47,675 bases of DNA from Thermoguttaceae bacterium. Lineage in GTDB: Bacteria; Planctomycetota; Planctomycetia; Pirellulales; Thermoguttaceae. Below are positions 39,672-47,675 of the stretch, piece by piece; the stretch's first letter is position 1; every line of letters starts with the position of its first letter. Under the pieces are notes generated by a model that had not been told where the DNA came from, did no database searches, and worked only from the letters and a program-made list of their open reading frames with translations. The position numbers and the translations under genes are program-made. The stretch spans positions 1 through 47,675 of the forward strand of contig JBEKCP010000001.1 in the NCBI GenBank assembly GCA_050014815.1. Direction: 5' to 3'.

Positions 39672-41171
39672 TCACTTCGTACCCGCGCCGCCCTTGGGCG
39701 CGGCGTCTTCGCCGACCACGGACAAGTCCTTGGCGTCCAGGGCCGGTTGATCGGGCAACTCGGCCCAGTAATGCGGTTTGTCGATCTCCAGGTCGATATC
39801 CGGCAGCGCCTCGCTCTGGATCTTGCCGTACTTCGCCTGGACCTCGGCCCAGGACGTGAGCTTCACCGCGAGCCCATCCCCTTTGGCGGCCTTGGCGATC
39901 GGGAGAATAATTCGGTGCCGCATGGCCAGGATCCGCAGCACGCCGTCGCCCGTGCCGATCTTCTTGCCGCCGGCGTCCACGAGGTCGGTCACGTACAACC
40001 GCATGATGTAATGCGCGTAGGGCGCGTTCTTGGCGGGCGGGAGCCCGGCCATCGCGACCGTTGCCCGGGCCTCGATACGGGTGACCGTCGCGGCCGGCTT
40101 CCGGCCGGCAACTTCGGGAAGGCTGACTACCGGCCAGACCTGGTCCCGTGCCCTGGGAAACGACCGTTCAGTAAAGCTCCAGATTACCACGCGCCGCCCC
40201 GCGAGGAAACCCCGCTCCTTTTCGAGTTGGGCCATGGCGACGGGCATATCGGGACCGAGGCCCTCGGTTGCCAACAGCGTCAGCGGCAGGCCGACGTGGA
40301 AGGCCACCTGCGCCGTCAAGCCCGCCCCGCGATTGGCGTTGTACACGGCATGGCTGTCGCCCGTGAGCACGATGGGGGAATCAGGCGCATCCTGGCAGGG
40401 GCGGCCGCCGGCCTGTTCGAAGATCAGCCGCAACCGGTCGGCCTTCGGCCCGTCGGAACGCGATCCAGGCTTCGAAGCGTACGGATTCTTGGCCGATGCC
40501 TCTTGGACGAAGCCGTACCGCTTCAACCGCGAGGCAAGCTCCTGGGCGGCCAGTTGCACCGCCAGGTTCCGCCAGTGGCCGTCACGGTCGTAGTAAAGAT
40601 AAGGATCGTCCCCGTTCTGACGCCGATATTCACGATAGAGCGCGTGCAGATCGACCACCTCGATGTCGTTTTCCAGCAACCGGCGAACGAGATGTTTGGT
40701 CGAGATCTCGACAATCCGGTTTTCGGGCGCCTTTTCGGAAAAATAGTCCGGATAGATGGAAAGCTTGGAGGGGATCGGCATGACGATCAAGTCGATGCCC
40801 CGCGCCTTGAGCTGGCGGTCCCAATGCACGATGGCCTCGAAGGGGCGCCATGCGTCCAAGGTGTCGGCCATCAACAATTCCACGCTCTTGCCCTGGAAAC
40901 AAAGATTCCCTTTGGCCGGCCAGGGCCACTTGTATTCCTTGACGATCCGCTGCATGTCCTCGCGGAACGGTTTCATTTTTTCGGCCCAGGCTTCCCACGT
41001 GCCGCCCGCAGCCTTCAGCGTCTTGTCCACGCCGGCGAGCGTTTTGCGGATCGCCTCAGCCCGGTCGGCTTGCGCGGACTGCTCGGCCGCCTGAGACGCG
41101 GCCGCAACGGATGTCCAGGCCATGGCGACGAACCATCCCAACGTCAACGCGAAACGGCGGTTCTTGCACAT
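39672..41171 (-). CDS. secreted AlgJ/AlgX-like protein with an extra ~140-aa C-terminal module, paralogue 3
   Basis: ATG start with GAGAGGAA upstream. N-terminus MCKNRRFALTLGWFVAMAWTSVAAA. It is about 50% identical by eye to 38611..39612, e.g. KWPWPAKGNLCFQGKSVELLMADTL vs KWPWPAKSNFAFQGAEVNLLMLDTL. Motifs: LYYDRDGHWRN and VLTGDSHAVY. The C-terminal module (YAHYIMRLYVTDLVDAGGKKIG...LTSWAEVQAKYGKIQSEALPDIDLEIDKPHYWAE) resembles the C-terminus of 42308..44044. Confidence 0.8.
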   Translation of the reverse strand: MCKNRRFALTLGWFVAMAWTSVAAASQAAEQSAQADRAEAIRKTLAGVDKTLKAAGGTWEAWAEKMKPFREDMQRIVKEYKWPWPAKGNLCFQGKSVELLMADTLDAWRPFEAIVHWDRQLKARGIDLIVMPIPSKLSIYPDYFSEKAPENRIVEISTKHLVRRLLENDIEVVDLHALYREYRRQNGDDPYLYYDRDGHWRNLAVQLAAQELASRLKRYGFVQEASAKNPYASKPGSRSDGPKADRLRLIFEQAGGRPCQDAPDSPIVLTGDSHAVYNANRGAGLTAQVAFHVGLPLTLLATEGLGPDMPVAMAQLEKERGFLAGRRVVIWSFTERSFPRARDQVWPVVSLPEVAGRKPAATVTRIEARATVAMAGLPPAKNAPYAHYIMRLYVTDLVDAGGKKIGTGDGVLRILAMRHRIILPIAKAAKGDGLAVKLTSWAEVQAKYGKIQSEALPDIDLEIDKPHYWAELPDQPALDAKDLSVVGEDAAPKGGAGTK

Positions 41172-41234
41172 GATTCGTTCCTCTCTCCCTGCAAACGGTT
41201 TTTCCGTAGGGGCGGCGAATGCCGGCCTCCGCTC

Positions 41235-42311
41235 CTATTTGACGACCGGCAGCGGCCGCCAACCGCCGGCCGACTCGGTCAATTCCCGCGACGTGAAGCA
41301 GTAAATCACTACCTTCTTCTTTGCCAGCCAGGCCGGTTCGCCGCTGGCCGTGCGGTAAAGGTCCACTCGGGCGGTCGTGGCCGCCGAGCCGCGGATGCCC
41401 AGCAGATCGACCGGGAAACCAAGTTCCCATGCCAGGAGGTCGGGCAGGCCGCCCTGGGTCGCGTGCAGGTCGTCGCCGTCGTGGTAAATCAACGTATGGC
41501 TGTCGCCCAGCAGCAACACCGGAGAATTCTTGTCGGGCTCGATCCGCTCCAACTTCTCGCCGGCCTTTCGCCCCACGCGAAACAGGCGGATCTTCTCCTT
41601 GCCCATCGACTTGCCGGCCTCGCCGAGCATGCGCACCAGGTCGCCGGTGATTTCCAGCGGTTCCTCTTTCATGCCGATGTCCTGCGTGGGCACGTTCTTC
41701 ACCCACGGCCTCTTCTTCAACTCGGCGGCCATCAGCCGCGCCGCGAGCAGCGCGCCGCGCGGCGAAAAATGAACGTCGGTCCGGCAGTAAACGGGGCCCT
41801 CCTTTTCGTCCTCCGCGCGCGCCGCCATGAAATGCGGCAATAGATCGAGGACCGCCACGCCTTGTTTCTCCAAGGTCTGGTAGAACGCCGCCAGGCCGTC
41901 GTCGAGCCGCTTGCCCGGCGAAAAGCGGGCGTCGAGCTTGTCGGGGTACGTCAGCACCTTGGGCGGGACCGGCACCAGCAGCAACTCGATCCCAAGCTGC
42001 TTCAAATCGTTGTGGAACTTGACGATCGCGGGCGCAGGGTCGGCCCATTGCGCCTTCTGGGCGCGACACGCCTTGGCGGCCTCCTCACCCCAGAACTTCT
42101 CCAGACTGACGTGCCGCAACGATTGACTGAAGAACAGCCAGCCGTCGCGGCCCGAGACCACGGCCGCGTCGCTCTTCTCGCATTCGGCGGCCTTGGCCGC
42201 GCAGAGCTTCTGGAAGTCCTTCACGGTCTCCGCCGCCGCTGCCATGCCGGTGCAAAGACCGATGGCGGCGAGTACCGGGACAAACACCCGCTTGGAGTAC
42301 GGCATCCTCAT
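41235..42311 (-). CDS. secreted AlgJ-like protein, paralogue 2
   Basis: The track ORF is 41235..43280. I prefer ATG 42311 because it gives MRMPYSKRVFVPVLAAIGLCTGMAAAA and forms an ATGA overlap with the upstream stop at 42308..42310. The longer extension overlaps the upstream CDS in another frame. Motifs: IELLLVPVPPKVLTYPDKL, YCRTDVHFSPRG (D-x-H) and VLLLGDSHTLI. Confidence 0.75.
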   Translation of the reverse strand: MRMPYSKRVFVPVLAAIGLCTGMAAAAETVKDFQKLCAAKAAECEKSDAAVVSGRDGWLFFSQSLRHVSLEKFWGEEAAKACRAQKAQWADPAPAIVKFHNDLKQLGIELLLVPVPPKVLTYPDKLDARFSPGKRLDDGLAAFYQTLEKQGVAVLDLLPHFMAARAEDEKEGPVYCRTDVHFSPRGALLAARLMAAELKKRPWVKNVPTQDIGMKEEPLEITGDLVRMLGEAGKSMGKEKIRLFRVGRKAGEKLERIEPDKNSPVLLLGDSHTLIYHDGDDLHATQGGLPDLLAWELGFPVDLLGIRGSAATTARVDLYRTASGEPAWLAKKKVVIYCFTSRELTESAGGWRPLPVVK

Positions 42312-44044
42312 TCTGCTACCTCTCCCCACCAGGGTCTGGCGGTCATCAGGTCCAAATCTTCGGTAAGACTGCGGTTCAGCCGGCCGTACTTCTTCTCGAA
42401 CTCCGGGGCCCACGGCTGGAGTTTCAACTTCACCCGTTGGCCGACCGTCCAGGAGTAGGCGGGCGTGTTCTTCTGCCCTCTCATACTGAAAAGATACACG
42501 GGAATGCGATGGTCGGCCAGCTTCCCGGAGAGAACCTGGATGTTTTCCAGGTCGATCGTGAAGATGTGGTCGGCATAGGTGACGGTGCCCGCCCGGGGCG
42601 CCGCCGACTTGGCCGCGACGACGCCGCTGACGACCGTCGCGCCGCCGCCGGGCGTCGCCGCGTTGACGGGGCGCGCGGCTTGCTTCAACTCCATATCGAG
42701 CAGTTTCCAGTCGCCCGCCGACAGCTCGCGCGCGGCGAACTGCCATACCACGACCTTCTTGCCGGCCAGCCGGTCTTGCCCTTGGGCCAGCTCGCGGCTG
42801 AGGATCGCGCGGGTAGCGTGCGCACCGTCGTCGTTGCGCAGAATTGCGTCCACGGGTTGCTGAAGCTCGAAGCTCAGTTGTTCGGCCAGCCCCGCCCCCG
42901 CGCCCCAACCCATCAACTCCAGCGAAAAGATGTTGCTGAAACTGTCGCCCAGCAACAACACCTCGGCGCCGGACTGCGGCGACCACGGAGCGCCGGCGGC
43001 CGTCGTCACCGGGTGGATCACCGCCTCCTCGCGCCCGAACAGTCGTTGCTCGGGCCGCAGCTTGAGCATCACGGCCACGTCGCCAAGGTTGCAGACCGTC
43101 TGTTCGCGCCGACAAACGTCCGGGCCGGCGGGGGCAAGCGGCACGCGCCGGCGGATACAGCGGGCGAGCTCGGCGGCAGCCTGCTCCATCGCCTCCGGGC
43201 GCCAGTGCGTATCGGTGGCCAGGTACATCGGCCGGAACGTCGTCTGCTCGCGCCCGACGAGAATATTCGCCACGTCGCACACAACCACGCCGGCCCGCTG
43301 GACTTCCGCCACGAACTCCGCATAGGACGGGTTCTGAACCGCCGCGGCCTCGCGCCCGTCGTAACGATCAGAAAACATCTCGGGATGGATGGTCGCCTTG
43401 TCGGGCACGGGCATGAGCACCAGCGCGATGCCGCGGTCGGCCAGTTGCCGGTGGAATTGCAGCACGGCGCGGCGCGGGTCGGGCTGGACTTCCAGCTTGG
43501 CGTTGGCGCGGCGCTGGGCCAACGCCCTCGCGTCGAGAAAGGCAGGGCCCGTGCAGTAGTCGATCCCCGGCCGGTAGAACAACCAGCCGTTGCGTCCGAG
43601 ATAGGCCTTTTCGTTTGCCGCCCCGGCGTAGGCAAGGCCCTCTTGCACCCAGGGCCGGACCTGATTCGAGATGCACGAGTCTTTCGACAACTCGTCGGCA
43701 AATGCGTCGATCTCGCTGGGCGGCGGCAGCGAGTTCCACCACCGCCAAAAACCCTCCTGGCCCGCGCTCCGGCGGAAGCTGGGCAGCAGGCGGACCACGT
43801 CGTAGCATTTCGGCAAGAGCCGCAAGAGCGAAGGCTTCGCGCCGGATTCCTTCAAGGCCGCCAGGTTCCGGCGGATCTCCACGACGTGTTGGATCGCCAG
43901 TTCCGAGAAGAGGATCGTCGCCAAGGCCACGCACACGAGCCAGGCGACGGGCCTGGAGACGGCGGTTGTCTTCAGCGACAACTCGGCCTCTTCCTCGCGG
44001 CTGCCCTTCTCGTACAGACGGTATTCGTGTTGCGTTGCCGTCAT
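42308..44044 (-). CDS. membrane-anchored AlgJ-like protein with a C-terminal extra module, paralogue 1
   Basis: ATG start 1 nt after the MBOAT stop. There is one N-terminal TM helix (RPVAWLVCVALATILFSELAI). Motifs: IALVLMPVPDKATIHPEMF, YLATDTHWRPEAM (D-x-H-W) and VLLLGDSFSNIFS (GDS). The C-terminal ~110 aa resemble the C-terminus of 39672..41171. Confidence 0.8.
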   Translation of the reverse strand: MTATQHEYRLYEKGSREEEAELSLKTTAVSRPVAWLVCVALATILFSELAIQHVVEIRRNLAALKESGAKPSLLRLLPKCYDVVRLLPSFRRSAGQEGFWRWWNSLPPPSEIDAFADELSKDSCISNQVRPWVQEGLAYAGAANEKAYLGRNGWLFYRPGIDYCTGPAFLDARALAQRRANAKLEVQPDPRRAVLQFHRQLADRGIALVLMPVPDKATIHPEMFSDRYDGREAAAVQNPSYAEFVAEVQRAGVVVCDVANILVGREQTTFRPMYLATDTHWRPEAMEQAAAELARCIRRRVPLAPAGPDVCRREQTVCNLGDVAVMLKLRPEQRLFGREEAVIHPVTTAAGAPWSPQSGAEVLLLGDSFSNIFSLELMGWGAGAGLAEQLSFELQQPVDAILRNDDGAHATRAILSRELAQGQDRLAGKKVVVWQFAARELSAGDWKLLDMELKQAARPVNAATPGGGATVVSGVVAAKSAAPRAGTVTYADHIFTIDLENIQVLSGKLADHRIPVYLFSMRGQKNTPAYSWTVGQRVKLKLQPWAPEFEKKYGRLNRSLTEDLDLMTARPWWGEVAE

Positions 44045-44045
44045 G

Positions 44046-45521
44046 CTAGAAGATGAAGTAAATGAAAGGGTTGTACTCCTGGGTCGCCAGGACCATGAGC
44101 GACAGGATCAAGAGGCCCACGCACAGGGACGCCCGGGGCAAGGTGAGCCGGCGGGTCCAGGTCCAGGTTTGAGGGCACGTCCAGACGACGATCGCCGCCA
44201 GCCCCAGCGAGAACACGTAGTAGGGCTGGTACAGCAATCCGCCGAGCAATGCGGCGCCGGACTGCGGCCGGCCCTGGCCGAACATGCTGCCCAGGTACGC
44301 GACGGCCGCCTCCAGGCTGCCGGCGCGAAAGAACACCCAGGCGATGCAGACCGTGAAGTACGTGATCGTCATCCGGACCAGTCCGGGCAGCCGGTGATAG
44401 AGGCTTTGCTTGCCTTGGGCCCGCTCGATGCCCAGCATGGCCCCGTGGATGGCGCCCCAGATGACGAAGGTCCAGGCGGCCCCGTGCCACAGCCCGCCCA
44501 GGAGCATCACGATCGCCAGGTTGGCATACGTCCGCGCCTCGCCCTTGCGGTTGCCACCCAGCGGGATGTACAGGTAGTCGCGGAGCCAGGTTGAAAGGGA
44601 AATGTGCCACCGCCGCCAGAACTCGGTAATCGACTGCGACCGGTAGGGGGAATCGAAGTTCTTGGCGAACAGGAACCCCAGCATCAGTCCCAGGCCGATG
44701 GCCATGTCGGAGTAGCCGCTGAAATCGAAATAGATCTGGAAGGAGTATCCGAACACGCCGACCCAAGAGTCCAGGGTCGTGACGGAACCCGCGTTGAAGG
44801 CCGTGTCGGCGATTTTGCCGCAGGGGTTGGCGATCAGGATCTTCTTGGCCATGCCCAGCGAGAAGAAGGCCATGCCGCGGGCGACTTTGTCCAGAGTGAC
44901 GACGCGGTTCTCCATCTGGTCGGCCAGGTAGGAGAACCGCAGGATCGGCCCGGCCACCAGGTGCGGACACATCGACACGAAGCACGAGAAGTCGATGAAG
45001 TTCCTCATTGCCTTGGCGTGGCCGCGGTAGACGTCGATGATGTAGCTGAGCGACTGGAAGGTATAGAAGCTGATGCCCAGCGGCAGGACCACGCGGAAGA
45101 GCGTGTCCCAATGCCAGCTCGTCATGCCCAGCGAGGCGACCAGGGTGTTGTAGCTGTCCACGCCGAAGTTGAAGTACTTGAAGAAGCCGAGCATCGTCAG
45201 GTTCGAGATCACCGAGAGCGCCACCGCCCAGCGCTGCGTGGCAGACCGCTCCGTACGAATGGGCAAGGGAACGATTTCCTTTCCCCAGGCCCGCCAGAAG
45301 TCCCAACTGTCCCAGGCCACGATCAGGCTCAGCAACCAGTCCACGAAGGTGGTGCCGAACATGAGGAAGATGAACTTGGGATTGGCCCACCCGTAGAAGA
45401 TGTAGCCCATCACCAAGAGCCACAGGTTCCTTGCGCGCTGCGGCGCCCAAAGCAGTGCGTAATAGACCAGCAGCAGCAGCGGCAGGTAGTAGTAGACGAA
45501 GATGTGGGAACTGAAAACCAT
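44046..45521 (-). CDS. MBOAT family O-acyltransferase (AlgI/DltB/PatA-like)
   Basis: 491 aa, ATG start, multi-pass hydrophobic. Motifs: MVFSSHIFVYYYLPLLLL..., ISFYTFQSLSYIIDVYRG, FQIYFDFSGYSDMAIGL and SITEFWRRWHISLSTWLRDYLYIPLGGNRKG (the conserved MBOAT His region). Confidence 0.93.
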   Translation of the reverse strand: MVFSSHIFVYYYLPLLLLVYYALLWAPQRARNLWLLVMGYIFYGWANPKFIFLMFGTTFVDWLLSLIVAWDSWDFWRAWGKEIVPLPIRTERSATQRWAVALSVISNLTMLGFFKYFNFGVDSYNTLVASLGMTSWHWDTLFRVVLPLGISFYTFQSLSYIIDVYRGHAKAMRNFIDFSCFVSMCPHLVAGPILRFSYLADQMENRVVTLDKVARGMAFFSLGMAKKILIANPCGKIADTAFNAGSVTTLDSWVGVFGYSFQIYFDFSGYSDMAIGLGLMLGFLFAKNFDSPYRSQSITEFWRRWHISLSTWLRDYLYIPLGGNRKGEARTYANLAIVMLLGGLWHGAAWTFVIWGAIHGAMLGIERAQGKQSLYHRLPGLVRMTITYFTVCIAWVFFRAGSLEAAVAYLGSMFGQGRPQSGAALLGGLLYQPYYVFSLGLAAIVVWTCPQTWTWTRRLTLPRASLCVGLLILSLMVLATQEYNPFIYFIF

Positions 45522-45572
45522 GTGCTGCTATGAGTGAGTTGGGGCGCCATCGTCCCGCACCATAGTCATCCT

Positions 45573-47201
45573 TTACGGCGTCTCAAGGCAGATGATGTTC
45601 CCGTCGGTTGCGCCGCCAAAGGGTTGCAGCGTCTTGAGCGACGGCGACGGGGTGGGAGGCTCCTTGCCGTCGGTTCCGCCGGAGCGCGAGACGCAGAGCA
45701 ATCCCTTCTTCGTGGCGAATACGCGAACATTCTCACAGCCTGGCAGATAGGAGGAGAACATCAGATTCTTGAACTCCTTGTCCCACACCCCCAGCGTTTC
45801 ACCGCCATAGTCGTAGTTCGTACCGGAGGGCTTCCAGAAGGAGTTCGGCGTCTGGATCAACCCCGTCCCCGCACTGCCGGTGAACGCTACCGCGTCGCCC
45901 CTCAACACGGTCGCACGGGAGATCCTGGCTGTCTTGATGCGGTTGGCCTTGGCGTTTGTCGAAGGCAACACCGCACACCACCACGAGTGCAGTATAGTCT
46001 CCAGCGTCTTCGGATTCACCACCGTCAAGTGTCCGAGGGAGTTCGCGCCGGACGGATACCACGGCCAGAGGAACCCGCCGAGGGGACAGTTCCGCTTCCA
46101 GTCGGTGGCCTGTTTCCAGAAGACCGAATTTGCCCCGTCGGACCATCCCGCCACGACAAGGTTGCCGTTGCTCATCGTGTCCACGTCCCGGACGGAAGAA
46201 TCGGCTTCCAGTCCCGCGTGGTCCGAGCCCATGTCCTTCGGATCGAATTCCCACAACTTCCACAGCCGTTCCCCCGTCGCACTGTACTTGTACAGGTACG
46301 GTTGCCGCCAGGGCTCGCGGCGGGTGTGCGTATTCCGGTCGCCGCCGAAATAGGCCCCGCCGTCTTCCAGATCGATCCCCAGCCACTTGCCGGTTTTCGC
46401 GTTGACGAGTTTGACTTCCTTGCCGTCGGCGGCAATCCGCCGCAGGCCCTTCAGGTCGAAGTACACGCCGCCCGCCTTGTCGAGCCAGAGGTTTGCGGGC
46501 GCCGCTGCTGCGCCCTCGAAAATCCATGCCCATGCAAAGGTGCCCGTGGCCGCATCAAGTTTCACGACGTACACGTCCGCCCCGCCCGACGAAGGTTCCC
46601 TCTGGACCTGGCCAGGCCCAGCTTTCTCGGTCAGGGCACGGAAGGCAGGCGTTGCCCGGCCGGTCAGGACCAGTGATTTGCCGTCCGGCGCCACGGCGCC
46701 GGTACGGACCTGCGCGACGCCCCAGTCGAACTTCACAACCTTCTTGATCGCCTTCAGGCCGGGTTCGTACAGCACCCAGAAACCGGCGCAGTCGGGATCA
46801 TCGTTCACCGGAACGAGGCGTCCCTTCTCGTCCCGGTCCGGCTTCAGCCCCTGGTGAACCCCCTTCCCGAGAACCGCCGACGGCGGAACCACGGGGAACT
46901 CCGGTCCCCAGGCGTTGCCGATCGCCACGAGCGTGCCGTCAGCGAGTTCCCCCGCGGCCACGAACTCTTCGTAACCTTTCCCGCCGAAGAACGTCGCTGC
47001 CACGACCTTCATGTGCGGGCCTTTGGCCGCCTCCTCGTGCCACAACTTGTACCGATCCGGCAGGATCTTCGTCTTTGGAAACGGGTCCCAGTCCTTCTCG
47101 GCGGGTTTTCCGGGGGACGGATCCGCCGCAACGGCAACACCCGCCGCGCAGCCGGCCCAGACGAACGACCCTAACACCACACAACGGAAGAGCGTCGGCA
47201 T
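45573..47201 (-). CDS. secreted beta-propeller-like protein; distant paralogue of 23747..26023
   Basis: ATG start with AAGGAGGAA upstream and signal MPTLFRCVVLGSFVWAGCAAGVAVAA. It is collinear with the C-terminal ~480 aa of 23747..26023, e.g. GGDRNTHTRREPWRQPYLYKY vs RGGEHQWNTAQEPYRCPYIFAS. Confidence 0.8.
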   Translation of the reverse strand: MPTLFRCVVLGSFVWAGCAAGVAVAADPSPGKPAEKDWDPFPKTKILPDRYKLWHEEAAKGPHMKVVAATFFGGKGYEEFVAAGELADGTLVAIGNAWGPEFPVVPPSAVLGKGVHQGLKPDRDEKGRLVPVNDDPDCAGFWVLYEPGLKAIKKVVKFDWGVAQVRTGAVAPDGKSLVLTGRATPAFRALTEKAGPGQVQREPSSGGADVYVVKLDAATGTFAWAWIFEGAAAAPANLWLDKAGGVYFDLKGLRRIAADGKEVKLVNAKTGKWLGIDLEDGGAYFGGDRNTHTRREPWRQPYLYKYSATGERLWKLWEFDPKDMGSDHAGLEADSSVRDVDTMSNGNLVVAGWSDGANSVFWKQATDWKRNCPLGGFLWPWYPSGANSLGHLTVVNPKTLETILHSWWCAVLPSTNAKANRIKTARISRATVLRGDAVAFTGSAGTGLIQTPNSFWKPSGTNYDYGGETLGVWDKEFKNLMFSSYLPGCENVRVFATKKGLLCVSRSGGTDGKEPPTPSPSLKTLQPFGGATDGNIICLETP

Positions 47202-47311
47202 GAGTTCCTCCTTCAGGTTGAACCGGAACAGGATATGGCACCTCGGGGTAAATCGTACAGGTCGTTGCAGGCCGACAGACCATCAACGGCTCGGATTGCG
47301 ATTTCGCAGCA

Positions 47312-47675
47312 TCATTTGTCCGCCGGCTCGACGGCCGGGACATCGAGGATCGGCAGGTCCTCGGCCGACCCATCCAGTTTCAGGACGATAACGGTATCCA
47401 CCCATTGCCGGCTGGCGGCGGGGACGGTCACACGGATCCCCTTGTCCGTTTGTTCACAGGCGACTTTCTCGCCGTTGGCCAGCAATGTGCAGCCGACGAT
47501 CTTCCGCTCCGGTAACGACGGCAATTGTACGGTCTCATTGCCATTCCAGTCGGTTACGTGCAGGAAGAATCGGTCGCCTTTGCGAGTGGTGCCCCACACG
47601 AAGCCCTTCTCGGCACGTCTTGGCGGCGCCTTGCAGGTGGTCAGCCAGCACGGCTGGTACGGGCCGCCCCATGTG
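47312..47675 (-). CDS. 5'-truncated (window edge) CDS; the C-terminal beta-sandwich resembles alpha-L-fucosidase (GH29) C-termini
   Basis: The track lists only 47312..47599, which starts with GTG. The same frame stays open to the window edge: ...TWGGPYQPCWLTTCKAPPRRAEKGFVWGTTRKGDRFFLHVTDWNGNETVQLPSLPERKIVGCTLLANGEKVACEQTDKGIRVTVPAA...VIVLKLDG. The pattern (T.KG...YLHV..W.....L..L...V....LL..G..V...Q....I.V.VP) is what I recall for GH29 C-terminal domains; this is not verified. Confidence 0.55.
   Translation of the reverse strand, partial: TWGGPYQPCWLTTCKAPPRRAEKGFVWGTTRKGDRFFLHVTDWNGNETVQLPSLPERKIVGCTLLANGEKVACEQTDKGIRVTVPAASRQWVDTVIVLKLDGSAEDLPILDVPAVEPADK

Noticed and set aside
42312-43280. 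The N-terminal 323-aa extension of track ORF 41235..43280.
   Set aside because: The extension overlaps the AlgJ-like CDS 42308..44044 in another frame and is Arg/Gly/Pro-rich. ATG 42311 gives a signal peptide and an ATGA overlap with the upstream stop. I trimmed the upstream extensions of ORFs 1757..5254, 19414..20190, 23747..26212, 27568..30651, 32791..34242, 35915..38644 and 38611..39675 in the same way.
1-47675. A search by eye for tRNA/rRNA/tmRNA genes, CRISPR arrays, integrases, toxin-antitoxin pairs, restriction or other defence genes, phage structural genes and secretion-system components.
   Set aside because: None found. The intergenic spacers are short, contain no T-loop-like GGTTCGAATCC-type motifs, and no ORF shows the corresponding signatures. 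A covariance-model scan would be needed to exclude small RNAs formally.

Overview
High-GC bacterial chromosomal segment. Hand counts on sampled 60-nt lines give about 63-73% GC over most of the window and about 37-60% in the left 3.3 kb. The gene content points to Planctomycetota/PVC (inference): a TIGR03067-type protein, planctomycete-style CxxCH domains, many Sec/TAT-exported Gfo/Idh/MocA enzymes, PQQ-like propellers and an FAD_oxidored+HEAT protein. I call 25 complete CDS plus 2 edge-truncated CDS, and all 27 are on the minus strand. The two truncated CDS are absent from the ORF track because that track only lists ORFs closed inside the window. I found no tRNA, rRNA, CRISPR array, intact mobile element or recognisable defence/phage genes.

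Content from left to right:
- a TolB-like propeller/c-haem protein, cut by the window edge
- a 1150-aa secreted protein that is an internal tandem duplication
- an IS66-like transposase relic
- a PQQ-like propeller
- a heparinase II/III-like protein and a 584-aa protein that share a jelly-roll module
- a second, complete propeller + di-CxxCH protein whose architecture recalls hydrazine synthase alpha
- a GH5-like hydrolase
- five secreted proteins of unknown function
- a run of TAT-signal enzymes: alpha/beta hydrolase, aldo/keto reductase, xylose-isomerase-like TIM barrel, two Gfo/Idh/MocA enzymes and a PQQ-like propeller
- a double-FAD + HEAT protein
- a tight module of one MBOAT O-acyltransferase plus four AlgJ/AlgX-like paralogues, with no polysaccharide synthase nearby
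- a beta-propeller paralogue and the 3' end of a fucosidase-like gene

The best candidates for something new are:
1. the orphan MBOAT + four AlgJ/X-like module
2. the HZS-alpha-like dihaem propeller proteins sitting in a glycan-degradation context
3. a candidate periplasmic TAT-exported oxidise/eliminate/reduce glycoside pathway
4. repeated sharing of near-identical 5'UTR + signal-peptide cassettes between neighbouring non-homologous genes, together with gene relics and a two-copy palindromic intergenic element

All functional calls rest on motifs read by eye; no database search was run.
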